Positions 51,322 through 60,562 of a stretch of 64,000 nt of DNA are shown here, piece by piece (position 1 is the stretch's first letter; every line of letters starts with the position of its first letter). The translations under genes and the position numbers were made by a program. Where the stretch lies: contig CAYYJX010000003.1 of assembly GCA_964471545.1 (NCBI GenBank), positions 336 through 64,335 on the forward strand. The letters run 5' to 3'. Under the pieces are notes generated by a model, which worked only from the letters and a program-made list of their open reading frames with translations, was not told the DNA's origin and ran no database searches. Source of the stretch: an uncultured Fimbriimonas sp. (lineage in GTDB: Bacteria > Armatimonadota > Fimbriimonadia > Fimbriimonadales > Fimbriimonadaceae).

Positions 51322-51358
51322 ACACCTAGAGACGCGCAACGCGTCTTTAGGTGTTTTT
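51322..51358. terminator. Terminator between the convergent nuoF and anti-sigma genes
   Basis: ACACCTAGAGACGCG-CAA-CGCGTCTTTAGGTGT plus TTTT. Confidence 0.8.
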
Positions 51359-51628
51359 ATTTGGATCGGTCTCGGATTCCGCCAGTTTGGAGACTTGATG
51401 ACGGAGTCGAACCAAGGCGTCCTCGTCGACGCTTGCTTCCTTCGCGACGCGCAAAGCGAGAATGGCTGCCTCTAGTCGCTGGAGGAACGCACGGCAGCCA
51501 GAACAACGGTGAATATGCGCCCACGCATACCAACGCGCAATTCCCCTGAGCTCACCTTTTGCTGCCCCTTGAACCAGGCCCTCCATGTGTCGACAGGGCG
51601 TCACATTCTCAGTTGGTGGTTGTTTCAT
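51347..51628 (-). CDS. Zinc-finger (zf-HC2/ZAS) anti-sigma factor
   Basis: C...AHIHRCSGC (HxxxCxxC); immediately downstream of the ECF sigma; no TM. Confidence 0.8.
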   Translation of the reverse strand: MKQPPTENVTPCRHMEGLVQGAAKGELRGIARWYAWAHIHRCSGCRAFLQRLEAAILALRVAKEASVDEDALVRLRHQVSKLAESETDPNKNT

Positions 51629-51631
51629 AGT

Positions 51632-52114
51632 TCACTCGTACGCAAGTGCCGCGATCAGCAGCTTTCTTCCTCGTGCCAAGCGCGACTTCACCGTGCCGAT
51701 AGGAACTTCCAGAACGACAGCAACTTCTTTATAAGAGATCTCTTCGATATCACAGAGAATCACGGCTTCTCGATACTCCCAGGGCAGGTCTTCAAGTGCC
51801 CGAGTGATGTCAACTTGATGGACGCAATTCATAAACTTGTCATGAATAGAAGGGTCGACCACGGAGTCCAAAAGAGATAGGTCGCCGTTTCGTTTGTCGT
51901 TGCGATAAGTTCGCTTAGCGTGATTGAGCATTATCTTCACAAGCCACGCCACGGGAAACTCTCCATCGCACCGGTCATAAAGCTGAAACCCGGTGGTAAG
52001 CGTTGCTCCCACCAGGTCTTCCGCTTCTACCGGATTAGAGACCATGCGCTTGGCAACCCGGTACAGCTTCTCCAGGTTGGCAAGAACAACAGTCTCTAAC
52101 TCGGACTTCGTCAT
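51632..52114 (-). CDS. ECF RNA polymerase sigma factor
   Basis: LYRVAKRM...EAEDLV...AWL..I; SYKEVAVVLEVPIGTVKSRLARGR. Confidence 0.88.
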   Translation of the reverse strand: MTKSELETVVLANLEKLYRVAKRMVSNPVEAEDLVGATLTTGFQLYDRCDGEFPVAWLVKIMLNHAKRTYRNDKRNGDLSLLDSVVDPSIHDKFMNCVHQVDITRALEDLPWEYREAVILCDIEEISYKEVAVVLEVPIGTVKSRLARGRKLLIAALAYE

Positions 52115-52117
52115 GGC

Positions 52118-52858
52118 TTAGGCGTTCGTCTGCTTTTTACGCTTTTTAAGGGCAAGCAGGCCGATGAGAAGCGCACTCATGGTAGCAGGCTCTGGCACCG
52201 GCTCGACAGAGATTCGTGCAAGTTCGGTCGTTTGCTCCCAGTCGGGCATCTGCTCCCACCGATCGCCCACGTTAGGAATGATTGTTTCGTGGACCCGAAT
52301 AGCAGAGTTTGAATCGGCCGGATTTCCCGATCCGCCGAATGCGGGCACATCCGAGGAGCTCTGGGTATTTAACTCAGTACCCGCATCCCATGCTCTCGAA
52401 CCTCGGATCACGATCGAGAATCCTTGGGGCGTGCTGCCAGAGAACAGGCTCAGACCCATGCTCGAGACGCCCTCACCGATGAAACCATCGTTGGTGCGTC
52501 CCAGCATCGAAGCGAAGCTGAAGTAGCTGTGCGAAGACGTTGTCGTGAACGTCCCCATTCGCATTTGGCCAGGCGCAATCGACCCTCCAGCAAGGACGCC
52601 ATACGAGGAAACATCCGCTCCGGCTGCAGCGGCGATCCCGAGCATTGCCGTGGTGTTTCCACCCTCCGCGATGTTTTTGATTCCTTGCGAGGCCGTTCCA
52701 CCTATGGAGAAGATGTCGAAGGACGAGTTCCCTACCGACCAAAAGACGGGACTTAGACCTTGAGGGCCAAGATTTTCAACCTTTACTCGGAAGGTGGTTT
52801 GGGCAAAACCCGCAGTGACGATGCCAAGAGCTAGTGTGGAGAAAGCAATTCGTTTCAT
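52118..52858 (-). CDS. PEP-CTERM protein with a spondin-like domain
   Basis: Signal peptide; LSPVF, IAEGGN, FASMLGRTNDGF, WDAGTE (Spondin_N motifs); C-terminal VPEPATMSALLIGLLALKKRKK. Confidence 0.85.
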   Translation of the reverse strand: MKRIAFSTLALGIVTAGFAQTTFRVKVENLGPQGLSPVFWSVGNSSFDIFSIGGTASQGIKNIAEGGNTTAMLGIAAAAGADVSSYGVLAGGSIAPGQMRMGTFTTTSSHSYFSFASMLGRTNDGFIGEGVSSMGLSLFSGSTPQGFSIVIRGSRAWDAGTELNTQSSSDVPAFGGSGNPADSNSAIRVHETIIPNVGDRWEQMPDWEQTTELARISVEPVPEPATMSALLIGLLALKKRKKQTNA

Positions 52859-52903
52859 AAGAAACCTCGTTCCGGGTGGAACGCTTTCTCATGCCAACAG
52901 AGC

Positions 52904-52928
52904 GACGATTTGTTCCAGACTTTTTTCC
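52904..52928 (-). promoter_or_regulatory. Possible ECF-type promoter for the PEP-CTERM/sigma operon
   Basis: Minus strand GGAAA-N16-CGTC about 45 nt upstream of the ATG. Confidence 0.3.
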
Positions 52929-53041
52929 AATCTTCAAAAATCGTTGAGGGGCAAGCCGCTCGCCGTTCTTCTCAATGAAGAATCCCCCGGGCGCGTCGCA
53001 CCACGGGGGATCCTTGGAGTGAACTCGAAGTTCAGTTCAGG

Positions 53042-54460
53042 TCAGTCTTCTTTCTTCTTCTTAGCCGGAGCCTTCTTCGGCTTAGCCTCAGCGGCGGCTT
53101 CTGCAGGTGCCTCTTCCGCTTCAGCCTTAGCAGCCTTCTTCTTAGCGGCAGGCTTTGCAGGTGCTGCAGCAGCATCACCGGAGACTTCGGTGACCTTTGC
53201 GTTCTCTACCAAGAAGTCGGTGACCTTTCGGCTGATGGCTCGGAACTGCAGCTCGACGAGGGTGTCGTTCTGTCGAAGAATCTCGAGAAGCTGCGCGGGC
53301 TCCAGATTGAACTCAGATGCCATCGAGAACAACTCTCGGTTCAGCTCTTCGTTGGAGATTTGAAGCTTTTCAGCAGCGAAGATCTCTCGAACGATCATGG
53401 CTCGCTCCACGTGGATCTTGGCTTGCTCGTGCCATGCGTCCACGAGTTGGTCGAGGGACATACCGTTCTCGGCAGCGTACTGCTCCATGGTTCGACCCTT
53501 CTGACCTTGCTCTTGGGCGATCTCGCGCAGTCGTTGGTTGGCAAGAGCCTCCCACATGTTGTCCGAGACGTGGATGGTGCTGGAGGCGCGAAGCTTCTCC
53601 AGAATCTGGTCTTGGACCAGATCGTTCGCCATGTTGGTCTTGGCTTCGATGATGCTTTGCTTCATCTTCGCCTTCAGATCGTCGACCGAATCGGTTTGAA
53701 GCGACTTTGCGAACTCCTCGTCCAAGTCTGCCATCTGAACGGCACTCACCGAGTTCAAAGTGATTTGAGCCTTTACGGACTTCCCTGCCAAAGCCGGATC
53801 TTGGAAGTTTGCCGGGAAGTCGAGTTCAACCGACTTCATTTCTTCGCCGGACATTCCCAGAAGGGCCTTGTCGAGCGATTCAAAGGTTTGACCGACGACG
53901 GTCATGAAGTTCTTGCCTTCGCCTGCGTCGCCCTCAACCTTCAGGTTCACGACAGCGATGTCACCCTCGACGGCACCTCGATCGGTTACGGCTTCGCGGG
54001 TTCCGCGTCGCTTTCGAAGTTCATCGATCTGGTACGTGACCTCGTCATCAGTAACATCGATGGACGGTCGCTCAACTTCAACGCCCTTGTACTCGGCGAG
54101 CTCGATCTTGGCGGGAAGCGGCACCTTTGCGGTGTACTCGGCAACTCCCTTGTCCTTGTCGAGTTCTTTCAGTTCGACGGACGGGCGAACGCCGCCATCT
54201 GGCTCGAGACCAAGTTCCTTAACCGCCTTCTCAAAGGTGGATCGGACGATCTCGTCGGCTGCGACTTCGTAAAGCTCGCGCGGGTCGACAACCTTTTCGA
54301 CCATCGACTTCGGCGCGTGGCCGGGTCGGAAGCCGGGAAGGCGGACTTTCTTAGAAATCTGCTTCAGCGCCTTATCGAAGGCGTCTTTAACCTGGGGTGC
54401 GTCTAGGACAACGTTCAGGCGCACCGTGCAAGGATTCAAATCTTCTCGAGTGACGGTCAT
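53042..54460 (-). CDS. tig: Trigger factor
   Basis: LPGFRPGHAP ribosome-binding loop, FKBP-like middle (ELDFPANF), C-terminal domain. Confidence 0.95.
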   Translation of the reverse strand: MTVTREDLNPCTVRLNVVLDAPQVKDAFDKALKQISKKVRLPGFRPGHAPKSMVEKVVDPRELYEVAADEIVRSTFEKAVKELGLEPDGGVRPSVELKELDKDKGVAEYTAKVPLPAKIELAEYKGVEVERPSIDVTDDEVTYQIDELRKRRGTREAVTDRGAVEGDIAVVNLKVEGDAGEGKNFMTVVGQTFESLDKALLGMSGEEMKSVELDFPANFQDPALAGKSVKAQITLNSVSAVQMADLDEEFAKSLQTDSVDDLKAKMKQSIIEAKTNMANDLVQDQILEKLRASSTIHVSDNMWEALANQRLREIAQEQGQKGRTMEQYAAENGMSLDQLVDAWHEQAKIHVERAMIVREIFAAEKLQISNEELNRELFSMASEFNLEPAQLLEILRQNDTLVELQFRAISRKVTDFLVENAKVTEVSGDAAAAPAKPAAKKKAAKAEAEEAPAEAAAEAKPKKAPAKKKKED

Positions 54461-54515
54461 GACAGGACTCAACCTTTGAGTGAACGGTAAAGGGTACCCG
54501 TCCGGCGAGTCTGGA

Positions 54516-54539
54516 TTCCACCGCAGGAGTGCGGTGGAA
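54516..54539. terminator. Hairpin downstream of the TIGR01777-type gene
   Basis: TTCCACCGCA-GGAG-TGCGGTGGAA. Confidence 0.55.
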
Positions 54540-54556
54540 CCGTCCTAATTGCCCAG

Positions 54557-55477
54557 TTAGGACTTCTTGTAGAGGTCGATCAGTGCCGATCGCGCTTCTT
54601 CCTCGTTATTCAGATAGAACGGGAATTCAAACGAGAAACCGGCTTCCTGAACCTTTCGAGGATAAACGTAAGCGCCATCGAGCACCAGAGACGAATCCGG
54701 ACCGATGATCTTGCCCATTAACCTCATCAGAAACCCAGGAGTGTTCGGCGGTTGGGGGCGTCCAAACACCCATCGCAGCCCCTCCATAAGGGCATCGTTA
54801 GAGATAGGGTTTGGAGCCGTTCCGTTGATGGGTCCGCTCAGTTTTGGATTCTCGATCACGAAGACCATGAGGCGAGCAAGGTCGTGTTCGTGAATCCAGG
54901 AAACGCCCTGGCGGCCGCTTCCCACCGCTCCGCCTAAGAACAACTTCACCACCGTCTCGAGCGGCTTGAGGGCCCCGCCCTTTCTGGAGAGGACAATGCC
55001 GATTCGAATAGCCGCTTTTCGAATTTGAGCCGGATGATCAAAGAAAACGCGCTCCCAGGCAGAACAGGTGTCGGCAAGGAACCCGGTGCCCGCAGGGCTG
55101 TTTTCGTCGAGCGGTTCGTTTTTACGATGACCGTAGTATCCGACGGCCGAAGCATTCAGCCAGAGTTTCGGCGGCGTTTCACATTTGAGAATGGCGTCAC
55201 CGATCAGCCGGGTGGTTCGGCTTCGAGACTCGATGATCAGCCTTCGATTGGCATCGTTGAACTTTACGTTGATCGAAGAACCGGAGAGGTTCACCACCGC
55301 CTCGGCGCCATCGAGTTCCTTCACCCAATCGCCCATGCCGATGCCGTCCCAAACGACGTTCCGAAGACCTTCCTTGCGGCTTAACAAGACGGGGTCATAG
55401 CCGTTGTCCACAAGTACGCCTGTGAGCGCAGTTCCAACAAGCCCGGTTCCACCGGCAATCACAACGCGTTTGCTCAC
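54557..55477 (-). CDS. TIGR01777/YfcH-like NAD-dependent epimerase family protein
   Basis: AGGTGLVG, VNLSG, ASAVGYYG, RIGIVL, SWIH, GPINGTAP. Confidence 0.9.
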   Translation of the reverse strand: MSKRVVIAGGTGLVGTALTGVLVDNGYDPVLLSRKEGLRNVVWDGIGMGDWVKELDGAEAVVNLSGSSINVKFNDANRRLIIESRSRTTRLIGDAILKCETPPKLWLNASAVGYYGHRKNEPLDENSPAGTGFLADTCSAWERVFFDHPAQIRKAAIRIGIVLSRKGGALKPLETVVKLFLGGAVGSGRQGVSWIHEHDLARLMVFVIENPKLSGPINGTAPNPISNDALMEGLRWVFGRPQPPNTPGFLMRLMGKIIGPDSSLVLDGAYVYPRKVQEAGFSFEFPFYLNNEEEARSALIDLYKKS

Positions 55478-56073
55478 TCTTCAACCATCCATTGCTTCTG
55501 GATTTTCTGTTCGACACCCAGGTTTTGCAGGATACGCGCGACTACGGAATCGGCAAGCTCTTCCAACGAAGTCGGGTTGTGATACCAAGCCGGGCAGGCG
55601 GGCAGGATCGTCGCCCCTGCTTCTGCGGCGGCGGTTGCGTTCCTCAACATGATGAGGTTCCACGGCATTTCTCGCGGCACCAAGATTAACTTGCGACCTT
55701 CCTTGAGGCAAACATCGGCGGAACGAGTGACGAGGTCGTTCGAAATCCCATTGGCGATTCTTCCGAGAGTGCCCATTGAGCAGGGGACGATCACCATTCC
55801 GTCGTGTCGAAAAGAGCCCGATGCGGGTGGGGTGAAGTAGTCCTTCTCGTTGAGAATCTTGACCTGAGGGAAGGGTCCGCCCAGCCACTTCTCCATCGTA
55901 AGCGACGCTCGATTGAGACTGATCCCAAGCTCTGTCGCCGCAACCTGGATCGCCTGTTCGGAGAGGGTGACGTAGATCTCCGAATAATGTTCGCTGGCGG
56001 CGCGAAGGAACCTTTGCGCGTAAATGGCGCCGCTTGCGCCTGTGATCCCAACGACTATTTTTCCGGTGCTCAT
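55474..56073 (-). CDS. ubiX: Flavin prenyltransferase UbiX
   Basis: GITGASG, PASGS, VPCSMGTL, KEGRKLILVPRE. Confidence 0.95.
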   Translation of the reverse strand: MSTGKIVVGITGASGAIYAQRFLRAASEHYSEIYVTLSEQAIQVAATELGISLNRASLTMEKWLGGPFPQVKILNEKDYFTPPASGSFRHDGMVIVPCSMGTLGRIANGISNDLVTRSADVCLKEGRKLILVPREMPWNLIMLRNATAAAEAGATILPACPAWYHNPTSLEELADSVVARILQNLGVEQKIQKQWMVEE

Positions 56074-56140
56074 TCCCTGAACTCAGCCCATTCTACTGAG
56101 TCCAGAGAAAGAACATTCGCCGCCTTTACTCCGGTAAGGA

Positions 56141-56413
56141 CTAGAACCAGTCTTTGTTGCCGTAAACGTAATCGCTCCGGAACTGAGCATCGGTTTTGGT
56201 GAGGTAGATGATGCCCTCGATGATGGAAATCGCAGTGATGACCACTCCTCCGAATCCGCAAGTGAACAGCGTCACCAATAGGCAGATCACACCTTGTTTG
56301 GTTCGCCCCATGAGGAACTTGTGAATACCAAACGCACCTAACCCCAACGCACCTAAGATCAGTGCCACCAACCCCATTCCGAGTCGGTCGAAGTCTCTTG
56401 TGATGTTGCTCAT
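56141..56413 (-). CDS. TM2/NINE domain membrane protein
   Basis: LGAFGIHKFLMG, two TM helices, IEGIIYL. Confidence 0.85.
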   Translation of the reverse strand: MSNITRDFDRLGMGLVALILGALGLGAFGIHKFLMGRTKQGVICLLVTLFTCGFGGVVITAISIIEGIIYLTKTDAQFRSDYVYGNKDWF

Positions 56414-56432
56414 TTTTTGTTGTTCTCAAAGC

Positions 56433-56615
56433 GAATTCTCTGTTCGGGATTTGAACCTTGGTCCTCGCTGTGTTTGTAGGTTACGCTCCCGGCGTATGAA
56501 GGGTTGACCCTGTTGTGACTTTGGACCCCTTGAACCTCATGCGCTACGGGGTGCCGATACGGAAGAATCCCCCGCCCTGTTCGCCTTAACAGGTAGAATG
56601 AAGGTTCAAACAGGT
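56433..56615. ncRNA. Candidate structured RNA (6S-like features), unverified
   Basis: Ends can pair (GAATTCTCTGTTCGG with CCGATACGGAAGAATC); TTGAACC/GGTTCAA motifs; nested hairpins. Confidence 0.25.
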
Positions 56616-56649
56616 GCCTTTGTGCGTCTGACACCCTTGGAAACTCACC

Positions 56650-59151
56650 GTGGCCGATCAAGACGACTTGAACCTAACTAGCGTGAATGTTGATGAGGAA
56701 CTTGGCCGTTCCTATGTCAACTACGCAATGTCCGTTATCATCTCCCGCGCGCTGCCCGATGCTCGCGATGGAATGAAGCCCGTTCAGCGACGCATCCTCT
56801 ATGCGATGCGGCGGTTGAACCTCACCCCAGACAACGCTCACACCAAGTGTGCGAAAGTCGCGGGTGAGACTCAGGCGAACTACCACCCTCACGGACAAGA
56901 AGTCATCTATCCGACCATGGTCCGAATGGCTCAGTCCTGGTCGCTGCGGTATCCGCTCGTCGATGGTCAAGGCAACTTCGGCTCCGTGGACGGAGACGGC
57001 GCGGCCGCGATGCGATACACGGAATGCCGACTTACGCCGCTGGCCATGGAAATGCTCGAAGACCTCGACCGAGAGACGGTCGACTTCATGCTCAACTACC
57101 TGCAGAGCGACAACGAACCGATCGTTCTTCCGGGCAAGTTTCCGAACCTTTTATGCAACGGTTCTCAAGGCATTGCGGTTGGAATGGCCACCAACCTGCC
57201 CCCGCACAACCTCACCGAGGTTTGCGACGCCCTGCTTTATCGCATCGACAACCCTGCCAGTTCTCTGGACGAAGTCATGGAGTTCATTCCTGGGCCGGAC
57301 TTCCCCACCTACGGCATCATCATGGGCACCAAGGGCATTCGGTCCGCCTACGAGACGGGTCGCGGTTCCATCGTTCTTCAAGCGAAAACCATGATCGAAC
57401 CCGGTGAAGCGGGCAAGTCGGTTATCGTCGTCACTGAGATTCCGTACCAAGTCAACAAAAAGACGTTGGTCGAAGCGATCGCACGCATCGCCAAGGATAA
57501 GAAGTTCGACGGCATTGTCAGCGTCCAGGACTATTCAGACAAGCGCGGTATGCGGATCGAAATCGAAATCCGCCGCGACGTCAACCCGAACAAGGCGCTG
57601 AACTATCTACTGAAGCACACCAATCTTCGCACCACTTTCGGTGCGATCATGCTTTCGCTGATCGATAACGCTCCTCGAACCGCTCCGCTACTGGTTCTGC
57701 TCGACGAATACATTCGACACCGCCGAAGCGTGATCGAGCGCCGAACCAAGTACGAGCTGTACAAGACGCTCGAAGAGGTTCACCTCAACGAGGGCTATCA
57801 GATTGCTCGGCGATTCTTGGACGAGGTTATTCGGATCATCCGAAACAGCCCCGATCCTGGAACGGCTCGTGTGGAGTTGGTCCGAGAGTTCGAGATGTCG
57901 CCGTTCCAAGCCAACGCGATTCTCAATATGCAGCTCCGCCGCTTGACGCAGCTGGAGCAGCAAAAGCTAGAGGACGATTATAAGGCTGCATTGCGACGAG
58001 TCCATGACCTCATGGACATCCTCAACAACGAGGCACGCCTTACCGCTGTTCTGAAGGAAGAAATCACCATCCTTCGAGACAAGCACGGCGACGAGCGACG
58101 CACCAAGATTCAAGCCCGAGAGGCAGGCGAGTTCACCGAGGAGGATCTGATCCCGGATGAGGAAGCCATCATCAGCATCTCTCGAGACGGCTATATCAAG
58201 CGGGTGTCTATCGATGCTTACCGCCAGCAAAAGCGCGGCGGCAAGGGCGTTAACAACACCCTGAAGGCAGACGACGAACCGGCGCACCTCTTCCAAGTAA
58301 GCACGCACCACACCATCCTGTTCTTCACCGATCGTGGTCGGGTGTACAAGCTAAAGGGATACGAAATTCCGGAATCCGGTCGGTACGCCCGGGGCATGCC
58401 CGTCATCAACTACATCAACATTCTTGGTGGAGAGCGGGTTACGGCGACCGTTAGCGTGAAGGACCTTAACTCCGACGGCTTCCTCGCGATGATCACCAAG
58501 GGAACCGGACCCAAGCGCGTTTCGGAGATCAAGCGAACTCCGCTTTCCGCATTTGCCAATATCCGAAACAACGGTCTCATCGCGTTCGACATCGAAGAGG
58601 GCGACGAGTTGGCATGGGCGCTTCGAACTCGCGGAAACGATGAGATCATCCTTGTCACTCGTGAAGGTCAAAGCATTCGGTTCTCCGAAGGTGACGCGAC
58701 CTCGCGAAGCCGGGCCGCAGGTGGTGTTCGAGCCATCGCGTTCAAGGAAGGCAAAGAAGACGATGTCGTGGTTTCGGCATTCGTTGCCGACGACGCGCAG
58801 TCGGTCTTGGTTGTTAGCGAAAACGGTTTCGGCAAGCGAACGCCCGTCTCCGACTACCGCATCCAGGGTCGGGGTGGCAGCGGAACCCTTACGATGAATT
58901 GCACCGAAAAGACGGGCAAGATCGTTGGGGCCGAAGCGGTTGAGATCGATGATAAGCTCCTGCTCATGACCATCAAGGGCAAGGGCATCCGAATCCGGGT
59001 CAAGGAGATTCGCGAGACGGGTCGTGTCGCTCAAGGCGTGAAGCTCGTCAATCTTGGAAACGGAGACCAAGTGGCCTCTATTGCCCGAATCGTGAAGGGC
59101 ACCGATGACGGTGACATTGAAGACGAAGGCGGCGAGGGCGGCGAAGAATAG
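56650..59151 (+). CDS. gyrA: DNA gyrase subunit A
   Basis: RALPDARDGMKP, YHPHG, DGQGNFGS, AAAMRYTE catalytic Tyr, GyrA-box QKRGGKG. Confidence 0.97.
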   Translation: MADQDDLNLTSVNVDEELGRSYVNYAMSVIISRALPDARDGMKPVQRRILYAMRRLNLTPDNAHTKCAKVAGETQANYHPHGQEVIYPTMVRMAQSWSLRYPLVDGQGNFGSVDGDGAAAMRYTECRLTPLAMEMLEDLDRETVDFMLNYLQSDNEPIVLPGKFPNLLCNGSQGIAVGMATNLPPHNLTEVCDALLYRIDNPASSLDEVMEFIPGPDFPTYGIIMGTKGIRSAYETGRGSIVLQAKTMIEPGEAGKSVIVVTEIPYQVNKKTLVEAIARIAKDKKFDGIVSVQDYSDKRGMRIEIEIRRDVNPNKALNYLLKHTNLRTTFGAIMLSLIDNAPRTAPLLVLLDEYIRHRRSVIERRTKYELYKTLEEVHLNEGYQIARRFLDEVIRIIRNSPDPGTARVELVREFEMSPFQANAILNMQLRRLTQLEQQKLEDDYKAALRRVHDLMDILNNEARLTAVLKEEITILRDKHGDERRTKIQAREAGEFTEEDLIPDEEAIISISRDGYIKRVSIDAYRQQKRGGKGVNNTLKADDEPAHLFQVSTHHTILFFTDRGRVYKLKGYEIPESGRYARGMPVINYINILGGERVTATVSVKDLNSDGFLAMITKGTGPKRVSEIKRTPLSAFANIRNNGLIAFDIEEGDELAWALRTRGNDEIILVTREGQSIRFSEGDATSRSRAAGGVRAIAFKEGKEDDVVVSAFVADDAQSVLVVSENGFGKRTPVSDYRIQGRGGSGTLTMNCTEKTGKIVGAEAVEIDDKLLLMTIKGKGIRIRVKEIRETGRVAQGVKLVNLGNGDQVASIARIVKGTDDGDIEDEGGEGGEE

Positions 59152-59172
59152 CCCTGCGGACGGCTCAACCAG

Positions 59173-59205
59173 AAAGACCCTTGGCGATACGCCAAGGGTC
59201 TTTTC
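59173..59205. terminator. Terminator after gyrA
   Basis: AAAGACCCTTGGCG-ATA-CGCCAAGGGTCTTT. Confidence 0.85.
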
Positions 59206-59226
59206 ATTTATCTTCGGTCCGCCGAC

Positions 59227-59862
59227 TTAGGCGGCGCGGTTCATTGGCAAGAAGCGCGTGATCATGGGATACAGCGTGACGTTGACGTCCTCATGACTCT
59301 CGATGGTGACGATATCCAATGGATCGGCATCGCGTGCAGCCTGCAGCGAAATCGGGTTGTCGACCACGATGACGCAGCTAGAAATATCGACCCCCATAGC
59401 GGTTGCACAGGTGAGATACGGCTCACAGTGGGGCTTGGAGTGCGTGACCTGCTCCTGACCGATTACTGCATCCAAGTACTCGAAAACTCCAACGGCTTTC
59501 AACAAAGAGTTCAGCGGTTCGTACGCCATGTTCGAGGCGACGCCCAGAAACAATCCGTCTTGTTTGAGAAGATCGAGGAGAGCGAGTTTGGACTCATCGG
59601 GCCGAAGGAACTCTCGGATAACTTCCTTCGTGATCTGCTGCTTCACGTTCAAAACGTGCTCGTGCCATTCTAGCGGAAACCCCTTTTCAGCGGTGAGTCG
59701 CAACAGCTTTTGTCGCGTGGGGAGTCCGTTGTATTCGTTCTCGTGATCGCGCCGGCTGATGCACCAACCCTTTGTTGCTAGGGCGCGATTAAGCGCGTGA
59801 AAGTGCAGTTCCGACGCGTTCACTAAAACGCCATCGGCATCAAAAATCACCGCTTGTACCAT
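59227..59862 (-). CDS. HAD family phosphatase
   Basis: IFDADGVL (DxD), VASN, HSKPHCEPY. Confidence 0.8.
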   Translation of the reverse strand: MVQAVIFDADGVLVNASELHFHALNRALATKGWCISRRDHENEYNGLPTRQKLLRLTAEKGFPLEWHEHVLNVKQQITKEVIREFLRPDESKLALLDLLKQDGLFLGVASNMAYEPLNSLLKAVGVFEYLDAVIGQEQVTHSKPHCEPYLTCATAMGVDISSCVIVVDNPISLQAARDADPLDIVTIESHEDVNVTLYPMITRFLPMNRAA

Positions 59863-60070
59863 GCTTTCTTCGAACCCTTCCCTTTCTGGATTGTCCGCCG
59901 CGGGTTGCGTCGATGGGCGACTCACCCGGCCAAGCTCCTCTCCCCAGAAGTGCTGATTTTTCGACGGACACGAAGATTTTCGGAGGGAATCGACCCGTTT
60001 CTTAGCTTTTTTGAATGACAAATGACCCACGACTGAAGCCGATTTCTTTGGGTTGCGTATCCTTCCATTG

Positions 60071-60562
60071 ATGGAAGTAGTGCGCTACCAACCGGGCGAA
60101 GCGATTCGCTGGCTAGAAACAGAAGCCGATCGCATGCGTCGTGAGGCCACCCAAAAGGGCAAAACGGCGGTCCAGGGTGGCGACATGGAAGGCGGGATCA
60201 AGCAGTCCGTGGCGAATGTTGCTTCCGCCATCTTCGACTTTGGGAAGAGCGCCTACGCCGAGATTGCGCATTTGCGGGCGAAAGCGGGCGAGTACGTGCT
60301 GCTGGCCGAACAACTGGACGTAGTGTCCGGCAGTAGCATCAAATCCATACGGTACGCCGATGTTAAGAAGATCGTAGTGGCTAAAGACAAAGCCACCATC
60401 CACTTTGGCGGACACACCGTTTCCATTAAGCCTTATGCCTATCTCAGCGCAGGTCCTCTCAAGGTTCCCGTCGGTTGGACGCGCAACGGCATGGAAGTAC
60501 CCTACTACCTCTTGCTCGAAGAACTCGCTGCAAGATGCGGAGTGGACCTAGAGATCGCTTAA
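60071..60562 (+). CDS. Hypothetical protein
   Basis: Clean ORF; TATCCT 7 nt before the ATG; beta-rich (PH-like?) C-terminal half. Confidence 0.65.
   Translation: MEVVRYQPGEAIRWLETEADRMRREATQKGKTAVQGGDMEGGIKQSVANVASAIFDFGKSAYAEIAHLRAKAGEYVLLAEQLDVVSGSSIKSIRYADVKKIVVAKDKATIHFGGHTVSIKPYAYLSAGPLKVPVGWTRNGMEVPYYLLLEELAARCGVDLEIA

Noticed and set aside
56444-56462. tRNA T-arm-like GGTTCAAATCC on the minus strand
   Set aside because: The flanking 5-bp stem does not pair, and there is no D-arm, anticodon arm or acceptor stem.
56480-56565. c-di-GMP-I (GEMM) riboswitch-like fragments
   Set aside because: The partial matches lie on opposite strands and the GGGACGCAAAG-type core is absent.
56450-56610. 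Invertible promoter bounded by 10-bp inverted repeats
   Set aside because: The repeats are short, a third copy of the motif is present and no invertase is nearby; RNA structure or protein binding is more plausible.
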